From the sequence record LR756511.1: a stretch of 64,000 nucleotides of DNA; one strand, 5' to 3'. The notes under the pieces were generated by a model. The model searched no databases. It was not told the DNA's origin and was given only the letters and a program-made list of their open reading frames with translations. The translations under genes and the position numbers were made by a program. Below, piece by piece: positions 1-9,533 of this stretch; the first letter of the stretch is position 1, and each line of letters opens with the position of its first letter.

Positions 1-551
1 TGCCACTACCAATACCAGAACTTCCGAAGTTTAGTCATAAGCCAATTATTTCGGAAGATTCGAAGTTTATGTTCGGTAGCGGACCAATCCCATGCTCCGT
101 TCCTTGTGAGACGATTTGCGTCGAATTAAGGTGCGGAGGCATGGGAATGCCTTGCTGCTGCCTAGAATTACTAAATGGCCGAATACTCTCAGTCGGCAAT
201 GGATACGTTACCGCTCCATCGACTGTTACGATTCCAGGTCGTTGTGATATCGCAGACGTTTATATCAACGGTCTACCACCACCTGTCTTCGTTCTAGATT
301 GTGAAGAAATAGTAGTAACAGTAGTCCCAAGAGACACTACTTGCTGTCAGTGCCAGCAAATCAACGTTGCTTGCGCTCCGTGCCCAATCACTACATTTGC
401 CTTAAAGCCTCTATGGAAGCGAAAGATCGACTCTCGCACAGGCAAGAGCAAATATGATCCGAGAACAGGCAAACCATTACTCCGCATCAACAAGAACGAG
501 CTTATGCGTCGTGTCCTTAGCAGAATCAAGAAATCAAGAGGCGATAAATAG
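1..551 (+). CDS. Cys/Pro-rich hypothetical protein, 5'-truncated by window edge
   Basis: Frame of ORF 69..551 stays open back to the window start (PLPIPELPKF...); many CC/CxxC motifs, basic C-terminus. Confidence 0.6.
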   Translation, partial: PLPIPELPKFSHKPIISEDSKFMFGSGPIPCSVPCETICVELRCGGMGMPCCCLELLNGRILSVGNGYVTAPSTVTIPGRCDIADVYINGLPPPVFVLDCEEIVVTVVPRDTTCCQCQQINVACAPCPITTFALKPLWKRKIDSRTGKSKYDPRTGKPLLRINKNELMRRVLSRIKKSRGDK

Positions 552-2561
552 CTTCTTGGCTTCCGCAAGGATTTCTTCGACTTTATCCTTCTTTAAACCC
601 GTCGCTTTTCTCACAATATCAGGATTATTGACGACATCAGTAATGGACCTAATGCCACTGTTCCATAATTTTGTAGCGCGTGCTTTTCCAACATGCGGAA
701 GCTGACACAATGAAACCATTGGCCCCTTTACCCCATAAGTAATTCTTAACTGAAGTTCTCTGAACCAATCTGCCTTCTTCCATTTGCCTGAAAAACTATC
801 AATCGCCTGTAACACCTGATTTAAGCGAGGAAAATCCCATTGTAGGTTTCGCGTTAGTGAAGCAAATACTGGACTAGTATTCCCTGATAGCATCTGATGA
901 TATACGAATGCTGTCTTAACCACAGATTCCTTTACGCTTTTGCCATACTTGAAATTAACCATACTCTGAAAAGCACTCATTTCCTCACGTTCCGCTTTAC
1001 TAACTATCCCAAAACGGTGAGTGTCCAAATTAGCTAATGCCATCGACAAATGTAGATCGTCTGTGTCTTTTTTGTCGTCAAACAGAGTCTCGAAATTACG
1101 TCGTAAATCGGAAACATCAAACGGCGAGTAGTAGAATAAACTGGCAATTTTCCCAATCGAAGTCACGGTGTACGTATCATTTTCTTCCCATACCGCACCA
1201 CACTTCTTTAACAAATCAATAACTTGATCTACAACATCATCATTAATTTCATTAGCCTGGAAGTGCGCTAAACTTCGCTTATACCAATAATGCACGTCGT
1301 CACGATTTTTAATCGCTTCCTGGTGAATCTCGCTTACAATGTGGAACGCCAACACCTTATGATGCCCGCCTTCCTGATCGAGCATCTGTGACAAAATTGG
1401 TTGTGGAGTCTTAATTCGATCCTTGTGAATATCATATGTGCGTTCAGGCAGTAGAATATACGCATCGCCAACAGGATCAAATGCGGGACGACCAGCACGA
1501 CCAACCATCTGCCAAATATCATAGGTCGCCACTTCCTCTAACCCGCGATGCACCCCAAGAATAACCACTCTTCTCGCTGGCAAGTTTAAACCCCATGCCA
1601 GCGTTGAAGTCGCAATAATTACTCTAAAGTCTTTATCCGTCTTAAATTGCTTTTCTAACTTTGTCCTAGTCGCCTTGTCTAAATCTGCATTGTGAAATTC
1701 ACATTTAATGCCCGCTGCTCTTAAGGCATCCTTCATCATATCGCCCGTTCTCTTGGTGTGGGCGAAGACTAGGAACTTATCATCTGGATAGTATTCTACA
1801 ATTTGTAGACCCATATTCACTTTTTGGCGTTCATTGTCTTCGTAGGTTTGTTCGCCATCCCAGTACTTTTCGTAATGGAGATTAAGTGGACATGGCCTAT
1901 AATTCGACCTTAAAAGAACAGTATCCTTGCTATTCAGAATGAAACTTACCCAATTGGCAATCTCATCAACGTTCGGCATGGTAGCCGAAAGGAAGACCAA
2001 ACGGCATTCCTTGTTGATTTCCGTGAATTTCATCAGGCCAGCTTCTAGATGATCGCCACGATTGGGCACTGTCAAAAGATGCACTTCGTCTGCGACAAGC
2101 GTGCCTACTTTGAACAGGAAGTCACTTCGCTCCGATTTGATATTACGAATACGAGAATTAAACATCTCGTAACTCATAATGATAAGATCGGCGGCATCTA
2201 ACTCCGCTTTTCTTTCGGCAGTTAAGCGATAATCGCCTGTACAAATTGATATTTTCAACCCGCCGAAGTGGTGATTCGGGTCTGTCCAGTCGTCAATCTT
2301 TTCTTGTGCTAAAGCGCGAAGTGGAACTAAATACAAACCCTTTCTGCCGAGCTTTTTAATTTCATAAGAAAGCAACATTTCGCCAACAACCGTCTTTCCA
2401 GACGACGTTGCAGTTGCGATAATTAAATTATTGTCTTTGTCGTAATAATCAAATACGCGGCTCTGGACAGGGTTAAAGTTCTGAAAAGGCCAAGTCGCAT
2501 ATGGGAATTTTGATGTTTCGAGTAGTTCTCCACGATCACCGACTTTAGTAACTGGCGGCAT
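534..2561 (-). CDS. Ski2/Hel308-like SF2 helicase
   Basis: ATATSSGKT Walker A, DEVH, LSAT motif III, QMVGRAGRP motif VI, C-terminal HhH (LPHVGKARA); SD GGAGGTG upstream. Confidence 0.9.
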   Translation of the reverse strand: MPPVTKVGDRGELLETSKFPYATWPFQNFNPVQSRVFDYYDKDNNLIIATATSSGKTVVGEMLLSYEIKKLGRKGLYLVPLRALAQEKIDDWTDPNHHFGGLKISICTGDYRLTAERKAELDAADLIIMSYEMFNSRIRNIKSERSDFLFKVGTLVADEVHLLTVPNRGDHLEAGLMKFTEINKECRLVFLSATMPNVDEIANWVSFILNSKDTVLLRSNYRPCPLNLHYEKYWDGEQTYEDNERQKVNMGLQIVEYYPDDKFLVFAHTKRTGDMMKDALRAAGIKCEFHNADLDKATRTKLEKQFKTDKDFRVIIATSTLAWGLNLPARRVVILGVHRGLEEVATYDIWQMVGRAGRPAFDPVGDAYILLPERTYDIHKDRIKTPQPILSQMLDQEGGHHKVLAFHIVSEIHQEAIKNRDDVHYWYKRSLAHFQANEINDDVVDQVIDLLKKCGAVWEENDTYTVTSIGKIASLFYYSPFDVSDLRRNFETLFDDKKDTDDLHLSMALANLDTHRFGIVSKAEREEMSAFQSMVNFKYGKSVKESVVKTAFVYHQMLSGNTSPVFASLTRNLQWDFPRLNQVLQAIDSFSGKWKKADWFRELQLRITYGVKGPMVSLCQLPHVGKARATKLWNSGIRSITDVVNNPDIVRKATGLKKDKVEEILAEAKKLFIAS

Positions 2562-2580
2562 ATCACCTCCTATGAAACGA

Positions 2581-2619
2581 TGCTGGACTTTATGGTACTA
2601 CGTACCATAAAGTCCAGCA
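2581..2619. repeat. Perfect 18-bp inverted repeat (3-nt loop)
   Basis: TGCTGGACTTTATGGTAC-TAC-GTACCATAAAGTCCAGCA in the intergenic region upstream of the helicase. Confidence 0.9.
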
Positions 2620-2642
2620 AGAGCAGAGAAAGAAATTAATTT

Positions 2643-2906
2643 TTATCCATGTGTAACCAAATCAGGCACTCTACGAGAATATTCCTTCTCTACATACGAC
2701 GCAATCGAGTCTACAACGCTCCAGAACTCTTCGTAGTTCGTTGCAGCCGCAAAAAGCCTATCCAGGTCTGGATGTTTTGCACACAACTCAATCGCTTCCG
2801 AAAGGTCTGGACCCATTCTCTCCGCGAATCGTTCTGCCAAATACTTCAAGCTATCAAACGGCAGCTTCGCCACATACTCTCTGAGTATAGAATCCATCTT
2901 CTTCAT
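2643..2906 (-). CDS. Hypothetical protein
   Basis: ORF; likely start at internal ATG (MKKMDSIL). Confidence 0.6.
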   Translation of the reverse strand: MKKMDSILREYVAKLPFDSLKYLAERFAERMGPDLSEAIELCAKHPDLDRLFAAATNYEEFWSVVDSIASYVEKEYSRRVPDLVTHG

Positions 2907-3032
2907 TCTTATTACCCCAAATAACCAATTACAAATAATGCAACCACGAACCCAGCGACAAAACACATGCCGCCAACAAACATTGTGAACATGATTGTTT
3001 CTCCAAAAGCTAGATGCACTATAGCAGAAAAA

Positions 3033-3332
3033 TTACACTACGTCTAGCTTTCTTACTTTTTCTCCTTCTGGATTTATGACCGTTTCTTCAAAGATCAATG
3101 ACTTGGAATCCTCATTGAAACGAAGGCCAAGATTGTATGAGTCTAGAACAGCCATTCTATCCTCTTTGCTAGCCATGATCCAGCAATAATTCTCGGTGTT
3201 TACCAACTGCCCATTATCACTAATTTGGTTTGTTCCAAGTTCAAGAACAATTCCATCTGGTAGTAAAATTCTGAGCATTCCATGCTTCATCAAATGGCCG
3301 ATTACTAAAGCCTGAATCTTGTTATTATTCAT
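3033..3332 (-). CDS. Hypothetical protein
   Basis: 99-aa ORF co-oriented with neighbours. Confidence 0.65.
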   Translation of the reverse strand: MNNNKIQALVIGHLMKHGMLRILLPDGIVLELGTNQISDNGQLVNTENYCWIMASKEDRMAVLDSYNLGLRFNEDSKSLIFEETVINPEGEKVRKLDVV

Positions 3333-3402
3333 AGGTATTTCCTCACACTGAGTAGAAATTTGTGAAGATATATAGATTTATTAAACTACGTAATTCAATT
3401 TT

Positions 3403-3864
3403 TTATTCATTACTTTTCTCAGTATTCAAACATTTGTAGCAAAGACCTTCATAAACGCATTCGTCCGACAATACTTCCTTCTTATACGGAGCAGGAATAG
3501 GATTATTAGACTTGTCCCTCGCTACCGTCCAACAGTAACTCTTTCTGTTTCCACGCAGGAAATCGACATAAGATAACTGTTGATCGCCCAGGAATTTTTT
3601 ACCGATGTTACATACCAATGAAAACGGTAGGAATGGCATGTAACGACCTGTCACCTGAACAATCTCTAGATAATGATTGCCCCAATCTGCCTTACTGTAA
3701 TACACGACGAGATTATAACCATCTACTACTATTTCCCTAGCCTTAAGACAGCTAATATCATCTTCATCCGCTTGGCTTACTAATGGTCTATTATAAGGCA
3801 TCAGGAACTCGCCAAAAGATTTGAGTTCCTTAACAACTTCATCGAAATTTTTAATCAAGAACAT
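3403..3864 (-). CDS. Hypothetical protein
   Basis: 153-aa ORF co-oriented with neighbours. Confidence 0.7.
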   Translation of the reverse strand: MFLIKNFDEVVKELKSFGEFLMPYNRPLVSQADEDDISCLKAREIVVDGYNLVVYYSKADWGNHYLEIVQVTGRYMPFLPFSLVCNIGKKFLGDQQLSYVDFLRGNRKSYCWTVARDKSNNPIPAPYKKEVLSDECVYEGLCYKCLNTEKSNE

Positions 3865-3885
3865 AGTTCCCCATCATTATTTAGT

Positions 3886-4821
3886 TTAGGTAGAGTAAAT
3901 TTTGTTGTAAAGGCTATTTTGACGGTCTAATCCTCCTGAACCGTCGCTATCTTCAAACATTGCCTTTATGCCCTTTTGTGTAACCATCCTGGTATCTCCG
4001 AACGTATTCGATGCTAACCTACTTATAAACCAATTTCTTATCTGCTTCATCCCTTCTGACAACTCATCATTAAAACCAAGAAATTCAAATACTTCGTCAA
4101 CATCTAACCAGTATAAGTTTTTTGGCGATTTCTCTTTGGCAACTTCCAAAAAATGAATTAGCAATCTAATCCAATTCTTTGCTCCAAACGCATCCTTACA
4201 TAACTTTCCTTCGCCAATCCTAAATTCTATACTCGTTCGTTCTCCAGAGAATAAATGGTAGGTGTTAATGCTATGATATTTAGATTCGCCTAGTATTTTA
4301 ATTATCTCTGATGGTGAAAAACATCTTTCTTCCACCCAATCCCACAAGCCTATATATTGACAATATCTGTTATCCTTACGTGACAAGGAAACGCTATCCA
4401 TGAAGACAGGCTCACACTTGATCCACCAATTTAATATTCTGGCTATCTGACCCATGTTTAAATCACCCACGTCCAAGTGAACATGAAATGAGCATCTATA
4501 ATCCACCTTGATTAGTTTGTCATACTCAAAAGCTTCAACCACGCGACAGACTCGCTTTAAACCATTCCATCCTTGCATTATAGGCGAACATACTTCCATG
4601 CCGCAACTATTATCTGGCTTTAATACCCAATAACCATTGCCGCTCTGCCAGTGTGTATGGCCAAAATCTCTAAGCTCGACATATTCTTCTAATGTCTTTG
4701 AAACTAAATTAGCCACATACGGCATTCCTTTTGGAAGCTCTCCCTCAAAAGTCGAAATCCCGTCAAAGGAATTAATCTCTAACTCGACCCCAAATGGACG
4801 CCAATATAAAAATTTTCTCAT
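3886..4821 (-). CDS. Putative amidoligase (Amidoligase_2 / COOH-NH2 ligase family)
   Basis: FGVELEI, W.LK.D.S.G.EVCSP, CSFHVH, SIEFR motifs. Confidence 0.8.
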   Translation of the reverse strand: MRKFLYWRPFGVELEINSFDGISTFEGELPKGMPYVANLVSKTLEEYVELRDFGHTHWQSGNGYWVLKPDNSCGMEVCSPIMQGWNGLKRVCRVVEAFEYDKLIKVDYRCSFHVHLDVGDLNMGQIARILNWWIKCEPVFMDSVSLSRKDNRYCQYIGLWDWVEERCFSPSEIIKILGESKYHSINTYHLFSGERTSIEFRIGEGKLCKDAFGAKNWIRLLIHFLEVAKEKSPKNLYWLDVDEVFEFLGFNDELSEGMKQIRNWFISRLASNTFGDTRMVTQKGIKAMFEDSDGSGGLDRQNSLYNKIYST

Positions 4822-4886
4822 AAAAACATTGAACCAACTATGCCTTTATTTTATAATAATAGTAGCGATAATATCAAGAGGATAAC

Positions 4887-5345
4887 ATGAAGCAATGTTT
4901 AATGATTCAGACGAGGGATCGTAAAAAGCTATTTACATACGAAAAGAACTTCCCACAACTGATCGCGTTTTCACAAATTTTTGGTGCAGAGATTTCGACT
5001 GTCCAAATCCCTAATGAAACAGAGGTTTTAGAGCTTGAAGACTTGGCTCCCGCCATCTGCGAAAAGAAATCCCAAGACGCAGATTTTAAGATCATTAAGG
5101 TTAAAATAAGACCGAAAGAGAAGCGAAAAATTATGCTTTCTCGCGCCAAACGAATCCAAGGTCACATCCGAAGGAACCTTTTAAAAGGACGAGTTGTTTC
5201 ATTAAAAGAATTAAAAAAAAAGTATCAAAAACATCAACTCACAACCGCCTGCCTTTGCACCCACTTAACCATAGTTCGCAAAGAATTGCAAACTCAAGGC
5301 TGTCAGGTTGTTAAAGTTGGTGGCGGAAAGTATGCCATAAAATAA
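4887..5345 (+). CDS. Hypothetical protein, possible C-terminal winged helix
   Basis: 152-aa basic ORF ending in helix-helix-beta hairpin pattern (VVKVGGGKYAIK). Confidence 0.6.
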   Translation: MKQCLMIQTRDRKKLFTYEKNFPQLIAFSQIFGAEISTVQIPNETEVLELEDLAPAICEKKSQDADFKIIKVKIRPKEKRKIMLSRAKRIQGHIRRNLLKGRVVSLKELKKKYQKHQLTTACLCTHLTIVRKELQTQGCQVVKVGGGKYAIK

Positions 5346-5373
5346 AGCAAGCCAGTCGAAAGACTGGCTTGCT
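5346..5373. terminator. Hairpin between convergent genes
   Basis: AGCAAGCCAGTC-GAAA-GACTGGCTTGCT between the ends of 4887..5345 (+) and recA (-). Confidence 0.75.
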
Positions 5374-5378
5374 GAACA

Positions 5379-6395
5379 TTATCTTAAATTGTATTTTTCT
5401 CTGATCTGTTTTTCGAATCCCTCCGTTAATGATGGATTCTGATTTAGATACTCGCACAACTGCTCTACGCCTTGTGCAACATTCTTGCCGTCTAACTTGT
5501 ACCAGGAACCAGATTTTTCCACTAAATCCATATCCGTAGCCAAGTCTACGATCTCTTTAGTCTTGTTTATACCCTTACCGAAAGTAATCTCAAAGATCGC
5601 AGAGCGGAAAGGTGGTGCAAGTTTGTTTTTAACAATCTTACAAACAGTATCATTGCCAACTGCTTCTTCGCCGTCCTTAACACTTCCTTTTCTACGAGAT
5701 TCAATTCTTATTGAACTCCAGAATTTCAAAGCCATACCGCCAGTTGTGGTTTCTGGATTTCCGAACATTACACCAATTTTCTGTCGAATTTGATTAATGA
5801 AAATACAGGCGGTCTTTGTTTTAGAAAGAGTGCCAGCTAACATTCGACATGCCTTAGACATCAATCTTGCCTGTGTACCAACGTGATAATCTGTCACTTC
5901 GCCTTCCAATTCAGCTTTCGGAATTAAAGCAGCAACACTATCAAGCACAACAATATCAAAAGCGCCAGAGGTAGCCAACTCATTAATAATGTCGATGGCC
6001 ATTTCGCCGTGAGAAGGTTGAGACAAAACCAAGCTGTCTAAATCAACTCCAAGCGCCTCCATATAAGTTGGGTCAAGAGCATGTTCAATATCAACATAAG
6101 CTGCCAAACCGCCAGCTTTTTGTGCTTGTGCTACAGCCGATAATGCTAAGGTTGTTTTGCCGCTCGACTCTGGACCATAAATCTCGACAATTCTACCTCG
6201 CGGCAATCCGCCAATTCCCGTAGCTATATCCAGATTCATTGAGCCAGTGGATATAACTTCTACCTCTAATTTAGGCATTTCGGTATAAACACCGATAGTG
6301 CCAAGTCCATGCTGTTTGTTTAATTTTGCTAATACACTATCACGAATGTCGTTTTTATCCGTACTTTCCGAATGTTGTTCCTTGCTTTTTGCCAT
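5379..6395 (-). CDS. recA: Recombinase RecA
   Basis: GGLPRGRIVEIYGPESSGKTT, YVDIEHALDP, VLDSVAAL, FINQIRQKIGVMFGNPETTTGG; bacterial-type RecA. Confidence 0.97.
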   Translation of the reverse strand: MAKSKEQHSESTDKNDIRDSVLAKLNKQHGLGTIGVYTEMPKLEVEVISTGSMNLDIATGIGGLPRGRIVEIYGPESSGKTTLALSAVAQAQKAGGLAAYVDIEHALDPTYMEALGVDLDSLVLSQPSHGEMAIDIINELATSGAFDIVVLDSVAALIPKAELEGEVTDYHVGTQARLMSKACRMLAGTLSKTKTACIFINQIRQKIGVMFGNPETTTGGMALKFWSSIRIESRRKGSVKDGEEAVGNDTVCKIVKNKLAPPFRSAIFEITFGKGINKTKEIVDLATDMDLVEKSGSWYKLDGKNVAQGVEQLCEYLNQNPSLTEGFEKQIREKYNLR

Positions 6396-6423
6396 AATTG
6401 TACTCCAATGTTAAGAAATTGTA

Positions 6424-6463
6424 AAAAGAGAAAGCCCGCCACCCGTTTAAGAGTGGCGGGCTT
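6424..6463 (-). terminator. Intrinsic terminator after ssb-like gene
   Basis: 11-bp GC-rich stem AAGCCCGCCAC/GTGGCGGGCTT followed on - strand by TCTCTTTTT. Confidence 0.7.
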
Positions 6464-6469
6464 GATTGC

Positions 6470-7525
6470 TTACTTCATGTTCTTAAGGTCGTCATTGACG
6501 CCCTTGACAAAATCTGCTTCAGCAAGAATTTCGTCATCAGACTTTACGATTGGCTTTGCCTCAACCTTTACGCCGCTTGGCGTTGGTGCTGGCTTCTCAA
6601 CCTTCTTCTTCTCTTCCGTAACCTTTTCATCCAAGGTTGGAGCCTTCTTACGATACTTGCTCATATCGAAGGAAGCGTTGTTGTCGTCGTCTGGAATTGC
6701 ACCAGTGTACTTCTGGAGTGCAATGTCGATCTCTTCAACTGGCTTCAAAACTCGCAACGAAGCAAGGTCATGAAGATTACCAAGCCACTGTTCAACTTCC
6801 TCTGGCGTGCCAAGAGGAGTTGAGTCTTGGAACTTCGATTCATCGTAGTAAGGGAAATCGGAACCTTCGCGGAACTTCTTAACGATGATGAAGTCGCGGC
6901 CATTTGTAATGTCGCTTACATCGCCAAGACCCTTACCAGCAGGACCAGCCTTCGGATCGCCAATGATCGCTCGCATAATTCTGTCATGCAGTGTCTTGCC
7001 GACAGAAAGAATCTTTGGACCATCGCTCTTTTCGAGATTGCCCTTCTTATCGAACACTCGGACTACGCAATTGTAGTAGTAGCGAGGAATAGCCTTAATG
7101 CGGCTATATTCGGCGTGAAGAAGCTTACCTTCTGGAGTCCTAATGTTCTTCGTGTTAACTACTCCACCCTCAGCCGCTTCTAGTTCCGCCCAAATGCCTC
7201 TTGTATATAGACAGGCTGGACATGGGCAGTTTGGATCGGTGTCCACCCAAATTTTCTTCCCGTTCTTAGCGGTAGTCATCTCACGCGGACAGTGATAATT
7301 GCGACCACGCTTCTGCTTCGGGTCTTTCACAAAGCGGTGAGTACGAGTTGCACAATAAAACTTCTTACCCTTTGCAGGCGGAAGCAATCTTACAACAACA
7401 TAACCTTCGCCCTGTGGCATCGAGACGAATTTAGCTAGATAATCAGCATTTCCTTCGCCCTCTTCGGGACCTTCGAAGTCTTCCTCAAGCTCCCCAATGT
7501 TCAATGCATCATAGTTTTGTACCAT
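6470..7525 (-). CDS. gp32-like single-stranded DNA-binding protein
   Basis: VVRLLPP, CPACLY Zn motif, RYYYNCVVR, GRDFIIVK, Y(D)ESKF, acidic tail; adjacent to recA. Confidence 0.75.
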   Translation of the reverse strand: MVQNYDALNIGELEEDFEGPEEGEGNADYLAKFVSMPQGEGYVVVRLLPPAKGKKFYCATRTHRFVKDPKQKRGRNYHCPREMTTAKNGKKIWVDTDPNCPCPACLYTRGIWAELEAAEGGVVNTKNIRTPEGKLLHAEYSRIKAIPRYYYNCVVRVFDKKGNLEKSDGPKILSVGKTLHDRIMRAIIGDPKAGPAGKGLGDVSDITNGRDFIIVKKFREGSDFPYYDESKFQDSTPLGTPEEVEQWLGNLHDLASLRVLKPVEEIDIALQKYTGAIPDDDNNASFDMSKYRKKAPTLDEKVTEEKKKVEKPAPTPSGVKVEAKPIVKSDDEILAEADFVKGVNDDLKNMK

Positions 7526-7601
7526 AGTTGGAACTCCTGTAAAAAAATTGTATGAGTTTGTTTAACTCACCGTGAAACTAACGTTTAGTTTCGATGGGTC
7601 A

Positions 7602-7630
7602 GTTATAAGTAATATCGTGAATTGTGTCAA
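7602..7630 (-). promoter_or_regulatory. sigma70-type promoter for ssb-recA
   Basis: TTGACA-17 nt-TATAAC on - strand. Confidence 0.75.
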
Positions 7631-7641
7631 CAGAAATTAAA

Positions 7642-7944
7642 TTATTCTGGAATTTTTGAATTATCGTCCAAAATTACAACGTTCGCGCTCTCTCCACGAA
7701 CAGGTGATTCAGGTTGACGTATCCCAAGCCCTATTGTCTGTTTGCTTTCTTCAACCTTTTGCAAAAGCTCCTGTAATTTCGAAGATACATGCGGCTCTTG
7801 CTTGTCGGCTAATTCTCTTTCCAATCTTTGTTTTTTCTTTTCGACGGCGGCATCTTTTCTCAATGCCGCACGTCGTAAAAGAACTTTCCTATGTTTTGCT
7901 CGCTCACGTTCCTTCTGTTTCTGAAATTTCTTTCGGTTGTTCAT
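7642..7944 (-). CDS. Hypothetical basic coiled-coil protein
   Basis: 100-aa ORF, start overlaps upstream stop. Confidence 0.65.
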   Translation of the reverse strand: MNNRKKFQKQKERERAKHRKVLLRRAALRKDAAVEKKKQRLERELADKQEPHVSSKLQELLQKVEESKQTIGLGIRQPESPVRGESANVVILDDNSKIPE

Positions 7945-8678
7945 TAGAATCCTCTGATGTTCGGCATCGGCATCTTTTTATCTTCTTCATAATCACCAAC
8001 CAAACGCGGTGCAGTCTCCTTATCAACTGCGGAATAAAACCCTTGCACCATTTTCTGATCGGCGTTCACGAAGTATTCATCAATAACATTCACTTCGCGT
8101 TTATTTTCATCAAGCATTGTGTAGATGTTAATACCAAATTGCTTTGATGGAATTTCACTGAACACAGGATATCTCTTATCTACCACGAAAGCTAGACCAG
8201 CACGCTTAACCTTTGCCATGTTCGCATCCGATGGATCAAGCGCAACCCATTTGATCGGTCGGCCAGTCGGAGCAATCAAATTAACCTTGTTCGCTGGTAA
8301 TGCCGCCGTTGCTGGCACCATCATATGATTGCCGTTACCATTTACTTGCGGAACCTGTGTAGGTTGTTGTGGTGTGTCATTAACTTCCTGAACGATAATA
8401 TTAGATTCATCGTCCAAAAGGAATTTCTTGTGCTTAATGACAATGCCGCCCTTCGTTTCTTTGAAATTGATTTTCGTCTTCTTGTATTCGTAGATTTCAG
8501 CATCAATAATCAAAATGTCTCGTCGCGCACGTTGCGACATTACTATCTTGGCAAGCTTCTCCAATGGAACATCATCGTAAGGATCGCCTACCTTCTTCTT
8601 TAATTCTTTAGTTTCTTCCTTGTTGTAGTTACCATCCTCTTCCTGTGGATGATATTTGAAAATAATCTCGTATCCCAT
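7944..8678 (-). CDS. Hypothetical protein
   Basis: 244-aa ORF in operon. Confidence 0.75.
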   Translation of the reverse strand: MGYEIIFKYHPQEEDGNYNKEETKELKKKVGDPYDDVPLEKLAKIVMSQRARRDILIIDAEIYEYKKTKINFKETKGGIVIKHKKFLLDDESNIIVQEVNDTPQQPTQVPQVNGNGNHMMVPATAALPANKVNLIAPTGRPIKWVALDPSDANMAKVKRAGLAFVVDKRYPVFSEIPSKQFGINIYTMLDENKREVNVIDEYFVNADQKMVQGFYSAVDKETAPRLVGDYEEDKKMPMPNIRGF

Positions 8679-8684
8679 AATTTT

Positions 8685-9308
8685 TTAAGCCTTTCTAATT
8701 AAACCGACACCATAAGTAGTGTCAATGTATGTAGGCTCTACATTTACAGTTATGCAAAAATCTTTGAAAGCCTTGCCAGAAACCTTGTTTCGATTTAGAT
8801 AGTCGCAAACCACCAACCCATCGCTGGAAATCTGTGGCCAAAGCAAATCGAAATATGCTCTATGCTTGTCATACGTTGTCTCTTCATTCACAATCGCCAA
8901 ATCAATATCTAAAGCTTTTAGCTTGGCTACAAAAATATCGTCGTTTATATCACCCACATGAACATAGAAGTATTTCTTGTAATTGTCTTTTACATTACGG
9001 CGACCTAAACGATCTGAATAATATTCACCGATTTTAGATTCTTGAACCGCCAAGAAATGCTCCACAGTCTTACAAGATTTAAGGAAGCTGCCACTTAATA
9101 AACCTAAGCGAAAACCAATTTCTACCATTACCTTCGGCTTCAGTAGCGTTCCTAGCCAGTAATAAGTTGGAATGTAAGTTGGATCGTTATAAGCGAAACT
9201 TTGTCTCGATTCTTCGTCAATCAACCGCATTTGACGCAGAAAAATATTGGATGGAAGCCCCTTCTTAAGCTTTCCCTCTACGTAGGTTTTGATCTCTAAC
9301 AAGTCCAT
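8685..9308 (-). CDS. Class I SAM-dependent methyltransferase-like
   Basis: VEIGFRLGLLSG motif I; LAIV..E, L..DGLVVCD. Confidence 0.65.
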   Translation of the reverse strand: MDLLEIKTYVEGKLKKGLPSNIFLRQMRLIDEESRQSFAYNDPTYIPTYYWLGTLLKPKVMVEIGFRLGLLSGSFLKSCKTVEHFLAVQESKIGEYYSDRLGRRNVKDNYKKYFYVHVGDINDDIFVAKLKALDIDLAIVNEETTYDKHRAYFDLLWPQISSDGLVVCDYLNRNKVSGKAFKDFCITVNVEPTYIDTTYGVGLIRKA

Positions 9309-9325
9309 ATTATAGAATAGGGTGA

Positions 9326-9368
9326 AAATAAAAAATGTGGTTTACAAACACGATTTGTAAACCACATT
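9326..9368 (-). terminator. Intrinsic terminator
   Basis: 15-bp perfect stem AATGTGGTTTACAAA/TTTGTAAACCACATT followed by a T-rich tract on - strand. Confidence 0.8.
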
Positions 9369-9513
9369 CCGAAGCTTGGTTACTTCAAAGGTTTATTAGA
9401 GTGGCTTAAACCATCCTCATGCTGCGAAAACCTTAGTTTAAGTGGCAGGGCAAGTTTAAAGCATTTCACAGGTTAGCTTTAAAAGCCTTATCTGCCCACT
9501 TTTAGACAGACCT
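9326..9513 (-). ncRNA. Candidate structured non-coding RNA (~185 nt), family unrecognised
   Basis: No ORF; CATAAATA box at 9518..9525, several foldable hairpins, terminator at 3' end. Confidence 0.5.
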
Positions 9514-9533
9514 ATCTTATTTATGCGAGAGGT

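Noticed and set aside
9326-9513. 6S RNA, tmRNA or tracrRNA identity for the candidate ncRNA
   Set aside because: It folds into separate hairpins rather than an end-to-end rod with a central bubble; there is no tRNA-like domain or tag ORF, and no CRISPR repeat complement was seen.
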